From contig OZ024743.1 in the NCBI GenBank assembly GCA_964016885.1, positions 36,952,001 through 37,016,000 on the forward strand: DNA of 64,000 bases, in the 5' to 3' direction. The translations under genes were made by a program, and so were the position numbers. Below the pieces are notes generated by a model, which did no database searches, had not been told where the DNA came from, and saw only the letters and a list, made by a program, of their open reading frames with translations. Position 1 is the stretch's first letter. The number at the start of each line of letters is the position of its first letter. This DNA comes from Eledone cirrhosa. Taxonomy: Eukaryota. Positions 42,739 to 57,178 of the stretch are shown here, in pieces.

Positions 42739-42811
<73 letters not shown>

Positions 42812-42938
42812 GAAGGAAATGTGGTAAGGAACCAGGTGGACCATAACGCACCAAACTACTCAATACTTAGGGTAGTAGAGTGAGTACAGAATTAGCCGTC
42901 GAAACGGCTTGAGCTCAGCCGTCGGGGTCTTACTTGTT

Positions 42939-42980
<42 letters not shown>

Positions 42981-42987
42981 TATAAGT

Positions 42988-43386
42988 TATTCCGGGTTGA
43001 ATCGGAGGTAACCACAGTACGTAAGGTACTCAATACATAGCAGAGTATAAATGTTTTAATATAGAAGAGCTTCTATAGGACTAGAACTGTTTCATTCGTG
43101 AGAAATCATCAGGAAGCTGGCTGTCCAAATAAGTGGTAGTATTTATATCTTTCCTTTTCTGGTGGTAGGAGAGGGTAGGGTTGGGATGGGTGGAGGTCAT
43201 TGGTTGAAGGATGTAAAGAAAAGGGTGTTCATTAAAAGCTAATTCTTTAAAGCTCTAGTATTAACAAAGGCAGAAAAAATACTGTAAACAAATTCAAAAT
43301 TGGAATACCAATCCTTGTTTATCACTTAGACTAGCAATGCCTGTAAGACAGGTGTCTACAAGATGGGTGGGGGTTCAATGGTTTAA

Positions 43387-43390
<4 letters not shown>
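42988..43390 (-). mobile_element. Penelope-like element remnant P2 in (TA)n; related fragments at ~12460-12590, 18955-19040, 41995-42050 and 58480-58612
   Basis: Shared block GGTAACCACAGTAxGTAAGGTACTCAATAC...CTTCTACAGGACTAGAACTGTTTCATTCG...AAATCATCAGGAAG, always next to (TA)n. The 19-kb copy is internally inverted. Confidence 0.55.
43068..43118 (-). ncRNA. Type I hammerhead ribozyme motif (family P2)
   Basis: Minus strand: AGCTTC CTGATGA TTTC-TCAC-GAAT GAAA CAG-TTCTAGTC-CTA TA GAAGCT. Sister copies have CTG.TA (GUA triplet). Confidence 0.6.
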
Positions 43391-43430
<40 letters not shown>

Positions 43431-44120
43431 TCTAGCTACTGATCAGTTAATTTTATTGATTTTTTAGTTGTTTCTATTGACTGATGAATAGCTTATGTTA
43501 ACTTTAACCCGTTTGTTGAGAACTCTAATTCGATTTGTGATATTTTGTATTCTTACAATAATATACACAACTGAATTCATTCGCCTAATATAGGGGTTGC
43601 CTCCCTTGCTGATCACCACGTGGATTCAGTAAGGGTTTTCCCCTGTATTATTGAACTAAAAACCTGTTGAAAAAGCGAATTCCTTGTTCATCATCTTACC
43701 AGAAGCCGGATATTTTTTATGTAGGCGGACAGTACCTGATTTCGGAACCGCAGAAACCCAAATGCTGGATTTTACCACCTTTCCAGGGGGTCCGGGTAAA
43801 TCTTTCAATCATGTATATTTTTATTTGTTTGACCTGAATTACTTGATCGTATTTTTTGGCTGTGCGAATGATTGTTTAAACATCGTCTCAGTGTGTTTGG
43901 TATTATACGTTAGTTATAGCTCTGGTTCAACCGAACCATTGAGCACTTTGCCGCACATTTCGAAGATTGTTTTTCGTTGTTTCGTGGGCCGGAGTTTCGA
44001 TTCTCGATAATTTTATTTGTATATATATATATATAAAAAGAAAGAAAAATTGAGGCTTGTTTGCATAATTGCAAACGAATCGAATGTTATTATTAATATT
44101 CGAAAAACTCAGATTACATT

Positions 44121-44228
<108 letters not shown>

Positions 44229-45228
44229 TGTGTGTGTATGTGTGTGTTTGTGTGTGTGTGAGAGATCATTAATTTAGAATCCTCGCTCGTCGTCTATAAT
44301 ATTCATTTGTGGCACTCTACGATGGGGGTTAATCACCATAATAATACGAACACCTTCAGCACAACTTAATAGACTACTCTATAGTTAAAACACTTTAAGT
44401 TTTAGAAATGTTTTAGAAATTGCGCATAACCATAGAAGTTAGGGTCTATATTGAGACACATTTTAATAGTTAGTAATAGAAACCTCGGAGTTACCTCCCC
44501 TTATGCATTAACTCCCCTTAGCCACACACACACTTCCGGGTAGTATTTCGATGTCGATTCTCGAAACGTAACATCCTCCTGTATTGAACTAAAGAACATC
44601 AGACTACGATTCTCTAACTGGATTGTCAAACGCTCAATATCGAATCGTCGTGGATTATGTGAGGGGCATATAATCTGAAAAATACACTCCCCAGACTATG
44701 AAAATGTCGAAGTACATGAAATCCATATCCCTTCGCTGCGCATTTCCAATATTTTTGATATTTTTAATGCTTGCAATATTTTTAATGCTTATATTACTTC
44801 TCCACACACAGACTATAACAATCATATAAAGAATTTGTCACCAGATCAACCAACCTAACACTCTTGTTTACCTACTTAAGTGCTTCTACTACACGTAACT
44901 CTCTGCCACACTATATAAACAAGACGCACGTGCTTGCCACACATATAATCCTTTGCATTATATAACCGCTTATTTTCATGTTGTATTTTAACCTGTATTT
45001 TTGATTGTATCTTTTAATATGAATGTAATCTCTAAGTGTGTATTGCCACTCTAAATGCTGTAATGAATGTTGACCCACAATGTTTGCATATGTATCTGTA
45101 TGTCTCTTGGGTGAAAATGAGGTCATATAAGTGTTCATGCATTAATAAATTGCTCCGAAGAATCCAAACCTCGGTTTGGAGGAAACAGTTGTAAGCATAA
45201 AAATGTTTTGAACAGTTCTTTGATTCTT

Positions 45229-45259
<31 letters not shown>

Positions 45260-45260
45260 C

Positions 45261-45294
<34 letters not shown>

Positions 45295-45339
45295 ATATAT
45301 ATATACATATATATATATTATATATTATATATATAATAG

Positions 45340-45496
45340 AGAGAGTCGGACGCCATGCTTTCCAGCATAGTTACGTCCCTCTACGGTCTGAGTTCAAATC
45401 CCGCCGAGGTTTACTTTGCCTTTCATCCTTACGATAAAATAAAGTACCAGTAATGCACTGGGTAATTGGTGGCCTTGTGCCATAAGTAGAAACAAT

Positions 45497-45500
<4 letters not shown>
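45340..45500 (+). mobile_element. SINE A, 5'-truncated, within an AT microsatellite
   Basis: Matches the family consensus. Confidence 0.85.
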
Positions 45501-45539
<39 letters not shown>

Positions 45540-45736
45540 CTTTCTATTTATATTAACTAACTCTTTTCTCTCCAGTGGGGGGAAGAGATTATTTTTCAAT
45601 ATTCTCTTCATTCACTGTCACCCTTCATAAATCTTATCCCTCATTCTTCCGTCATCTTTAAAATTAAAGAGAGAAAATTCAAGTGCAAAAATTAATGGCT
45701 GTATATGAATAGTGTGTGTGTCATTGTGTGTGTGTG

Positions 45737-45777
<41 letters not shown>

Positions 45778-46099
45778 GTGTATGTGTATGTAAGTGTATG
45801 TGTGTGTGTGTGCACGCGCGTGTTTTATAGATGTATGTGTGTGCATTTGATATATATATATACATATATATGTGTTTGTGTGTACTCTGCATTTGATATG
45901 TATTCCATGTATGTGTATATACGTATATTACGTACATATGTGTGCATACATGTATGTGCATATATTGTGTGTGTATATATTATATATTTATGAATCTATT
46001 GCATGTGTATGGCCATGTGTAAGTGGAATTGGTGTACACACTCAATGTTGTGTAAAAGGTCGGCGAAGGGGGTGGAAATGCATTCAGTGTTAACAAGGT

Positions 46100-47400
46100 T
46101 TAATGGTTGAGGAGACATAGGAGGGGTGAGAGAGGGGGCTTATAAGATAGACGGTATAGAGGGTTTGATATATAGAGAGAGAGGGTTGTTAGATAAAAGA
46201 GAGAGAGAGAGGGTTGTTAGATAGAAGACAGAGTAAATAAGGAAGGGTGATAGAGAGGGAAATACAGAGAATGAGGAGGAGGAGGAGATAATGGAACTTA
46301 AAGAAGAAAGAGAGAGGGGTGAGAGAGAAATGAAGGGAGAGTGGTAGAGAGAAAGAGAGAGGGGTGAGAGAGAAAGAGAGAAGAGGAAGAGCAGGGAATA
46401 ATAAGGGAAATAGTAAAGAGAAAAAGAGAGGAAATGAGAGAAAAAGGAAGGAAGAGGGGTGGAGTGATAAATTGAGTGGAGAGAGAGAGGGGGGAGGAGA
46501 GTTAATGGAAATATGAGGAGGCTGGGAGATGTGTGGTAGAGGCAGAGTTAGAGAGGGGGAATAAGGGAGGAGGGGGATAACGGAAATAGTGTAAATAGGA
46601 GAGGGTGGCGGGGTATGGGGGAGATAATGTAAGTAGAGGAAAGAGAGGAAAGAGAGAGGAAAGAGGTAGGTAGGAGAGAGGTAAGAGAGAGGAGAAAGAG
46701 AGGTATAGAGGAGAAAGATTGTCAGATAATGATAGGGAAAGAGAAAAATAAAAGATTGATAATAGTGAAGGTTGGGTGGGAGATAGTATAGGGGGGGGGA
46801 GGGGGATAGTATAGGGGGAGAGGGGGAGGGGATAGTATAGGGGGGGATGGGGATAGTATGGGGAGAGAAGTGGTGGTAGTGGGGGGGAGAGCATAGGTGG
46901 AGAGGGTGAGGGGGAGATAGTATAGGGATAAAGGGGGCTAGGTGGGGGAGATAGCATAAGTGGAGAGGGTGAGGGGGAGATAGTATAGGGATAAAGGGGG
47001 CTAGGTGGGGGAGATAGCATAGGTGGAGAGGGGGAGGGTGATATAGTATAGGGAGAAAGAGGTGGGGGTGGGGGAGATATCACAGGGGGGGGGGGGAGAT
47101 ACCGATAGACAGACAAATACATAAAAAAAGGTCAGAAAGAGAAAAGGAACACGAATTTACGAAGGTAGAAAGTAAACAAGTGAGAGAAAGAAAAGAGAGA
47201 GGGGGAAAAGAGGGAGAGTATGAGAGAGAGAAATAGATATATAGACAGAGAGAGACAGTTGTAAGAGATACATAGACAGCGAGAGAGAGAGAAATAGATG
47301 CATAGAGAGAGAGAGAGAGTTACATAAATACAGAGAGAGAGGGGCAGCTGTAAGAGATACATAGACAGAGAGAGGGAGACGGTTGTAAGAGAGAGACACA
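46100..47400. repeat. Purine-rich low-complexity tract with about three ~57-bp G-rich units near 46880-47060
   Basis: GAGGGTGAGGGGGAGATAGTATAGGGATAAAGGGGGCTAGGTGGGGGAGATAGCATA repeats. Confidence 0.8.
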
Positions 47401-48949
47401 TGTACGTATTTGTGTTAAGCAATAAAGAGAGATAAATGATTTGAAAGAAATTAAGCGAGGAGAGACTAAGTGAGCTAGGCAGCCAGACAAAGACAAAGAT
47501 TCTTTTACTCTTTAACCCGTTCCCGCCATCCGGTTGAGGCCATACTGGGGCACCGCCCTTGGAATATATATATATGTGAGAGAGATATGTATGTGAGAGA
47601 GATAGAAAGCTAGAGAGAGGGGGGGGGGCACTGAGAAAAATTAATAAAGGGAAAAAGAAAAATGAGAATGAATGAAAGACTGAGAATAAAAGAATATTTT
47701 GTAATGTTTTTTTTTATATATTTAAGAATGATAAATTTATAGTAAAATAAAGAAAAAGAGGAAGGAAGTATGGATAGATAGATAGACCGACATTTGGTGA
47801 ACAACTATATTTTTATTAAGGTCTGTTACTTAAGTCGCTCTCACGTGCTAGTACAACCTGTTACATGGTCTCAGACCTGTTAACTCTCCCCGTCCGACGG
47901 GGAGATCTCCCACCCATTTTGGGGTAAAAGAGAGATGTCTTCTCGTGTGAAAATGAGTATAACTTTCATTGGGGTCGATAAAATAAAGTACCCGCAATTA
48001 TCCCAGTGGATAATTGCTGGCCTTGTGCTAAAAGTAGAAACAATTATGTAAAATATACCCATTTTGCCTCATTTCTCTCCGTTTTGGGGCACTTTGTTTC
48101 ATGGCACTCCCCGTTTGGGCTTTTAGAGGTTGGCAGGCCAGTGACAATATTTCCAGTGGACAACGGATGAGCTGCAGTTCAGTAGTCACCATCCGAGTAA
48201 TGGTCGAACGAAGATTCAGGACCCACTAACGTCACCTTTTTTCTAACGAGAATCATGGACCTACAACGTCATGTAGATGATCATTGGTCCAATTGTCCAT
48301 AGTTCCCGACCTTCAACAGTGAGGATGGAAAGACACCAGACCTGTTACTCAGTAGTTTCCTCGGTGTGTTGCCAGTTCCTCACAATAAAACTCAGAATCT
48401 CTACGACAGTACTGAGTACTCTTCCTAGCGTTCGCCAATATTAACAGATAGATAGGTTAAACAGATAAGATATATGCAGTTAAGTTGCTTCTATAAATTG
48501 TTCCAGATAAAGTGTTTATATGTGCATGTGGTGCATGTGTGTTTACGTGTATGCGATATGATTTCTACCATAGGCACAAAGTATGAAATAGTAAAGTCAT
48601 AGGTGAGAAATTCTAATTAATTATAATTACACCTGTAGTGAGAAAAATGTCATTGTATTAATGATTTCTCATCAAGACTGAAAACAAGAGAGAAAAACCA
48701 CAGACCTTTCATTGAAACCGATTAAGTCTAAATGCAGTGAGTAGTAATTCCGATGTTTAGTAAATACTAGACCATCCGTCATCCGTTGGGTCACATTCAC
48801 TTCAAAATAATTTTGGAATAATTAAAATATACACAGATATGTATATAATGTGAAATGAAACTGGAAGGCCCATATATATACGTGTGTGTATGTATATATA
48901 TAAATGTGTGTGCTTGTATACATATATATATATATATATATGTATGTGT

Positions 48950-49023
<74 letters not shown>

Positions 49024-50930
49024 GGGTGTCTGTGATCTATATGCACTGGTCATAGACACACACACATATACACACATATGTATATATATATATATACACA
49101 CACTCACATATATATATATACACAGCAACACCACCAGCTATATCTCTCTTTCATACTCCCTCTCTGTCTCCTCCCCCTCTCTCTATGTCTCTCTTTCAAT
49201 CTACTCTCTATTTAGGAAGCAATCAATCACAGAGTTTTAGTAGTATATAGATGGTGATAACGTTGGACATGTTTCCGTCTTATTAGACCTTATCAGCGAT
49301 CCACTGCCATATTACTTCCCCAGATGCATCTAATTAAAAACAGAAAAGTAACAATAATATTATGATGAAATATATGTTCTCTCAATGGATCGGCTAAAAT
49401 ATTCCATTTTTTAAATAAAATTGTTTAAACTAAAATATTCCAAATTTCTAAAATACCAGAAAATAGCGTAATATGATCACAACTTAAAATTCCCATAGCG
49501 AGACTCATGTATAAATATATTTTATATGATTGTATACACCTCTATTCTGAATCACAATGTGTTAGTGTTACTCCAAATTAATACCAGCTTCGCAAAACGG
49601 AATTTGTTTGTTATTCCTTTTGAGTAAAAAAAAAAGTACTAGTATTACATATAGGCACAAGGGATGAGGGAATAAATCGACCCAGTACTTTATTATATCG
49701 ACTCTTGAAAGATGGAAGGTTTACCTTATTATGATTTGAACTCCGAATGTAAAAAACTGGAATAATACTCCAAGATGGTAGGCAAATGATTCTGATAATT
49801 CATCGCCCGTTACTCTCGATTTGAGAGCAACAGAATGTTAGAAACGGTAAAGTGCCGTGTAATATTTTCTACTCTCAGTAAGGTAAGAATAATTTTGTAC
49901 AGTCTTTGTGTAGATTTCATTGGCTTAGAAAACTATACGGGATCGCTCGTTCTGAATGTGATTGCAGATAAATCTCCTTCTGTGATTTGAAAGAAATGTT
50001 GCTGCTATTTATATTAAGTCGATCGACGATGGAACATCATTAGCTTGAATTATTGAATTGTATTTGAATTATTGAAGTGTATTTGATCGCTTAATTATAT
50101 CACATATCGAAGATAGATTTCTTACATGGAGTGAACTTCCGTAAACTTCAGCAACATAACAGCCTGCTAATAAAATTAGCACGTAAGTGGCTGCGCATTA
50201 CATAGACACGTGTACTCTTGAGGTAATTATCGGAGAGAGTCAGTGTGGGACAAGGCTAGTCCTTTGAATTACAGGTCAGTTCCAATTTTCAGTAGTTTCA
50301 GTTTATCTAATTTCACTCACAAGGCAGGGTTCGACTCTAGACTATGGCAAATGAGACATCCCATGTAGTGGGATCGAACCTGGGCTTAATGAATGCAAAG
50401 CTTACGTCTTAACTATTTGACCATGCTGCATCCATGTCTTACACTATCGGAAAATTAACGATTACGAGTAGAATGCTTTTGATCACAGATCTACCGATTC
50501 ACAGCTCACCAGCGGTTTAACAACAAATTGGGAAATTGTGCCAAAGTTACCAATCATTATTAATAAACGATTCGATCAATAGGTCAGCCGAAATGTCTGA
50601 TGGAAATGTCCGGTAGTGCTAAAAGTAGTAACCATACAATATCTAAATTTGTAATAGATATTTCGGAAATCTACAGATATTTATATATTTTCATCACCAT
50701 GTGGGCGGTAGATATGACGAATCGTTAGAAGGTCAGACTAAACACCTTGTAGTATTTAATTACAGTACTGTACATTTATTATCATTATTATTATCGACGA
50801 AAGGCAAAATTGGTTGCACCAAGGTCGACCTTGCCTTTCATCCTTCCATACTAGGGTCAACTTACCCTTCTACCTAAACAGCTGGTCTTGTGCCTAAATT
50901 TATTAATATTATCATTATTGACGGTGAAAA

Positions 50931-51310
50931 GGCGGTGGATTGGCAGAATCGGTAGAGAGTCGGACGCCATGATGTGTAGCATAGAGTTACGGCCCTTTAT
51001 GATCTGAGTTCAAATCCCGCCGAGGTTAACTTTGCTTTTCATCCTTACGGGGTAGATAAAATAAAGTACCAGTCACGCACTGGGGTCAATTTAATCGTCT
51101 TTCCCCTCCTCTGAAATTGCTGGCCTTGTGCCTATATAAGAAACCATTATTGACGGTGTAAGATTGGTAGAATCATTAGTGTGTCGGACAAGATGTTTTG
51201 TGGTATTTGTTCTGATTAAGTTCTGGGTTCAAATCACACCTATTTCCATTTACCTTTCATCTTTCTTGGGTCAATAAAAATAGTACCAGTCAAGTTACTG
51301 GGGTCGATAT
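50931..51310 (+). mobile_element. SINE A with TSD CATTATTGACGGTG, followed by an older SINE
   Basis: TSD at 50913-50926 and ~51145-51158. Confidence 0.85.
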
Positions 51311-52164
51311 AATCAACTATAAACTGTCTATATATGAAATCTGATTTTAGAAAGTATGTGTGTGTATACAGTAGTTGATTAAGAAATCGTCCTCCGTAAT
51401 TCATTGCTACTCATACAAGATCACTTGATCTGATGTAAATAGCAGTCGGATTTCTCTCAAACCACGATTTGGAAACAACAGGCACATTTAATAGTGTAGT
51501 CCCTGATATACAATGCTTGAATCACAAGCTATTGTCTTCAAAGTAAAATGACAGACACATTGAATAATGTAGTCTGAGGCATAGTCTATGTTTAGGTCCC
51601 TTTCGGTGATGACTGACCACGAGTTTCCAATGCAAAGTGTTTTGTGGAAAACTAGCAGTCACCCGTGCATCCTTGTTTTCCCTCTCCACATCACTGATTT
51701 GTCCAACGGGAAGGCAAAAGCCGATAAAGCTAGGTGAACGACCCTCACCTAGGCGGGATGCCAGTCCGTTGCAGAGTAGTACATATTTTTTCCAACTGTG
51801 TGTACTGGAGCAGCATAGAATAGAGTGTCATGGAATGGAATCGAACTCGCGACAGTACGACCATTAGCCCCACACCCTGACCACTAGATCATACACTTAT
51901 CCGAATAAAAGAAATAACTAACATTATTAACATAATGAACCAATGTTATGATGATCTACAAGTTTATACATCCAAATAAAAATAAATACATTTATAAAAC
52001 ATGGAACCGCTACCAGCTCCGCTGGTTATTAATATGATTACAGTAACCTACTGTTTTTATATTGTATTCTCCATCCCAGTGAGATGAACCGTAAACTTAC
52101 TGAAATGTAACTAATATGTATATTTAGTTTAAAATTTGTGTTCTAAAATCCTCCCACTTTTAAT

Positions 52165-52340
52165 ATAATTGTTTCTACTTTTGGCACAATGCCAGCAATT
52201 TGAAAAGGAGGGAGAAAGTCGACTAAATCGACCCCAGTGTGTTACTGGTACTTTATTTTATCGACCCCATAAGGAAGAAAGGCAAAGCTAACATCGGCGG
52301 GATTTGAACTCAATATGTAAAGGGCCTTAACTCTATCATG
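52165..52340 (-). mobile_element. SINE A (further partial or old copies at ~3770, 13235, 15100, 26730, 47962 and 56595)
   Basis: Reverse-complement match to the family consensus. Confidence 0.8.
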
Positions 52341-53029
52341 ATGTCTAACATTGGTAATTTATCTCGAATAACCACCACTTTACATCACTCACCAGTGTCA
52401 TAACCACCACTATATTGCACACACTGCTGTAATATACTACAGTAACCAGTGTAATGACCAACACTTGATGCAATGATCAACATTATACTACATTCACAAG
52501 TACAATAGTTATCATTATATCTCACTTGTACTAACCAACGTACAGTAGAGAGCCACTATGTGGTTACTTGATGCCTAAAATAGCAGCCAAATTTCTATCA
52601 CATCACATATACTGCCATAGAAATATGAGGCATATCTATACAAGATAACTTAGTCATGGATAGACTTTATTAAAGAAAAGATAATCATTGTTGGAGTACT
52701 TTTAATCTGAGATTTTCCCGATCAGGGCAGACCTAGGGCAACACAACAACACTGCAGCAGCCTCAAATACCTGTTTATTTCAGATACTCAGCAGTCTATT
52801 ATACTAACCCAGTTTTATATCTATATAACGGAATAGTCTTTTTTTTTCTTTCTTTGCATTTTCCATCCTAGCAAAAGCGCATAACCCAAAGGGCGGAAGT
52901 TTGTTTACAGTTGCGCTCATCGACTTCCGCTTATCTATTTCCTTTGAAATCTGAGAATGATGAATTTCATCCTTACGTCATTTAATGAATATTTATTTAT
53001 ACATATATATGAGTACGTGTGTTTTAATT

Positions 53030-53130
<101 letters not shown>

Positions 53131-53680
53131 GAAAGCAGATGGGACTTGAGTTTCAAAAGATAAAGAGTAATATAAGGCTTTTGTATTGTACTGAGAATGT
53201 CTAGCATGATGGAGATGTAGATCTGTAGTTAAAATGTTTATGATTTTTAATATCTTGTTTTCAAACTCAAAAAATAAAAATATGAAGTGGTGCATATAAC
53301 AGTTCGAATAGGAATTGTTCTCCTTTCTTTGCAATGAAGGTTTGGATGAACCAATCAAAACGAAGATTTCTTGTTCTTCAATTTTACTGGTTTCAATCCC
53401 TTGACTCCAGTCAGGCTAGAGCACTGCCTTTAGGTGTTTAGTCAATCATATCGTTCCCAGTGTTTATGGTTAAGTTTAGCACTTATTTTATCGATTTCTA
53501 TTTCTCAGGCAGATACACTGCAGGTCGTGTTGTTTATGACGTAAATAAACAACTGTCACACCAGGTTTTCTTTGGGATTTTTTACCCGTAGAGATGTCAA
53601 TAGGATGTTTGCAGTGACTGATATAAAAATACGCGTGCACACACACATATACGCGAAATATGACATAAACAGTAACACAT

Positions 53681-53712
<32 letters not shown>

Positions 53713-53941
53713 CATCATCATCATCATCATCCTTTAACGCCTTATTTCCGCGGTTGATCGAGGTGTCAAGTGATCACTCCTGCTCGTTACTCTCCATGTT
53801 TGGTATGGATTGGATTGGATTGGTGAATGTCATCCCTAACACCAATCACCTTACAGTGTGTGCTGGGTGCCTTTTACGTGGCACTAGCAGTACAAATTTA
53901 CAGAGTAGACTGGGTGCAATGTATCGTCACACTAGCACTCT

Positions 53942-54062
<121 letters not shown>

Positions 54063-55526
54063 AGGTATAAATCGAAGTTGTAGCCGTAATATAGCAGATA
54101 GCAATTGAATTGTTTGAGTTTGAGACAGTCACTAAGCACTCAATGTTAATGCATTTTCGTCCAGAGTGAACATAGAGTTAAGGAAACGAGACACCAAGAA
54201 ATGCGACCAAATGCATATTGTCACACTTATACCACAGCAACGATAAATACGACGGCTTCCAATGTTTCCACCTATCAAATTGACTCAATGGATTGGTCGG
54301 ATTGAGGCTATAGTTGAAGACATTGTTGCAAGATACCATAACTGCAACTTACTTGAAACGATATGGCTGTGAAGTGAACTTCTTAATCATACAGCCACGT
54401 GTGTATATATGTGAGAATTTCTATTTTCCTTTTTAAGTAAACTAATGCAGTCTTAATCAAACATATATGTGCTACGTTTAATCCTAGATTAGGTTTCATA
54501 AAACATATTTTAATTAAATTAAGTAACAAATTTTTCTTTCCGTTCAAGCTTATTTCTCTTGCATCCAGCATGCAGCCATGATTTAGTTTGTGTATATCTA
54601 TCATATATGTAGGTGTGGCTGAATGGTTAAGACATTTGCTTTCTAATCATGACGCCCTGATCATAATCCCACATCGTGGCATCTTGAACAAGTGACTTTA
54701 TCGTAACTTCGGACTGACCCATGCATAATAAGTGAAATTTGATAGACAGGAACTGTGGAAGAGCATCGGTTGGATTGAACTTATAAGGTAGTGCCTGTAA
54801 GGTAGAGCCTTGGAATTACGTTAAAGGTACACATAATTATGGAATACTCAACCACTTACACAAATAAATAATACACGCGTTGGACGTTTAGTTGGTCGAG
54901 CAACTGAATGGTCACCATTGAATTCGACGGAGAACCCATCGTCTATTGAATATATATATAATTTGGTTCTTCGTATTCTCCTGCGATTTTCATCGTCGAC
55001 ACATCAACATTTTAAATATATTCAACTGGCCATTTAACCAATAAATAAACTTCTGCCATATAAACGCACACTACAATATTTACTGTCATGTATTATCATC
55101 TCTTATACACATCGTATGTTTATCATCTCTATAGGGATTTTTCTTTTTATAAATGCATATTATATGAGTTTTCAACGAAGACGAACATATTTATGATTAT
55201 ATAAAGTGTTACTGTAAACTGCTCTAGTTTAACAAGTGAACACAACTTGCATTAATTTCAATCTCGTATATTTACGTCTAATGCCGATCAGTTGGGACGT
55301 TTTTAGCTCCCACTAGCAATGTTTTCATCTTAGTTTTAGGCAGGAAAAATATCAACAACATTTCTCTGTTTTAACCCCACCCTATAAGCCGTTAAGGAAG
55401 GCTCGGATGTGAAGAAAAATATAAACAGATGTTATCCCCAGCAATGTGGACATACAAGCGAATCTAAACATCCAGCCTTTCGTGACACTGCAGTGTTATA
55501 TATATATATATATATATATTTATACA

Positions 55527-56209
<683 letters not shown>

Positions 56210-56263
56210 ACTAGCTAATTTTCAAATTCGCTAGCCGTTTCTAAACAGAGGCTGCTATTTATT

Positions 56264-56311
<48 letters not shown>

Positions 56312-56315
<4 letters not shown>

Positions 56316-56580
56316 AAAGTTCTATTTAAACTGTTGGGATACAACAAGCAAATATTTTTATAACTGATATAAAGCACTCGACAAATATTTGGAGTAGATA
56401 TACGATATTAATAAATGGTCACTTTTTAAAAGGCTACGTCAATGTCTATTTATAAAACTGTTATATATTGTATTTTGTCTGATGAAGGCATACCATAATT
56501 TAACTTGGTATCCTTGAAATATATATAATGAAATAAATATGGTTTTATAAATATAGTTTCCATTTATTAATATCGTATAT
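56312..56580 (+). mobile_element. Penelope-like terminal-repeat remnant (family P1) with an inverted 5' segment, inside (TA)n
   Basis: Homologous to 19855-20082. 56312-56418 is an inverted copy of the element's 3' end, and a hammerhead motif is present. Confidence 0.65.
56471..56535 (+). ncRNA. Minimal type I hammerhead ribozyme motif (P1)
   Basis: Stem I TATTTTGT/ATGAAATA (two G.U pairs), core CTGATGA at 56479, stem II AGGCATACCA/TGGTATCCTT, GAAA at 56516, palindromic ATAT loop, AUA cleavage triplet at 56525-56527. Confidence 0.65.
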
Positions 56581-56719
56581 ATATATATAGAAAATAATTG
56601 TTTCTACTTTTGGCACAAGGCCAGCAATAACCCAGTGTCTTACTGGTACTTTATTTTATCGACCCCGTAAGGATGAAAGGCAAAGTTAACCTCGGCGGGA
56701 TTTGAACTCAGAATATAGA

Positions 56720-56736
56720 AAATAATGACACCTAGT

Positions 56737-56821
<85 letters not shown>

Positions 56822-56831
56822 ATAGAGAGAG

Positions 56832-56862
<31 letters not shown>

Positions 56863-57113
56863 ACTAGGTGTCATTTTTTTCTTCAAATGTTGTTCACCGA
56901 AGGAAAATCTCGATTTAGGGTACAAAAAGAAATTTTTTTTTTTGAAGGTGGTGCTTCAGCATGGCCACAGTCTAATGTCTGAAGTGAGTAAAAGAGTAAT
57001 TGTTTATACACAATTCTAGTGTATTTATGTTCTTGTTCATGAGTTTAAGATCCAGAATACGAGCGTAACATCATTTTTTTATGTATAAGGAAAAGCAAAT
57101 AATGACACCTAGT

Positions 57114-57178
<65 letters not shown>

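Noticed and set aside
43481-43540. CTGATGA as another hammerhead (also at ~21593, ~27976 and ~60199)
   Set aside because: No matching stem II, GAAA and stem I arrangement.
46502-47122. Pro-rich extensin-like 206-aa ORF
   Set aside because: Antisense reading of a G-rich low-complexity repeat.
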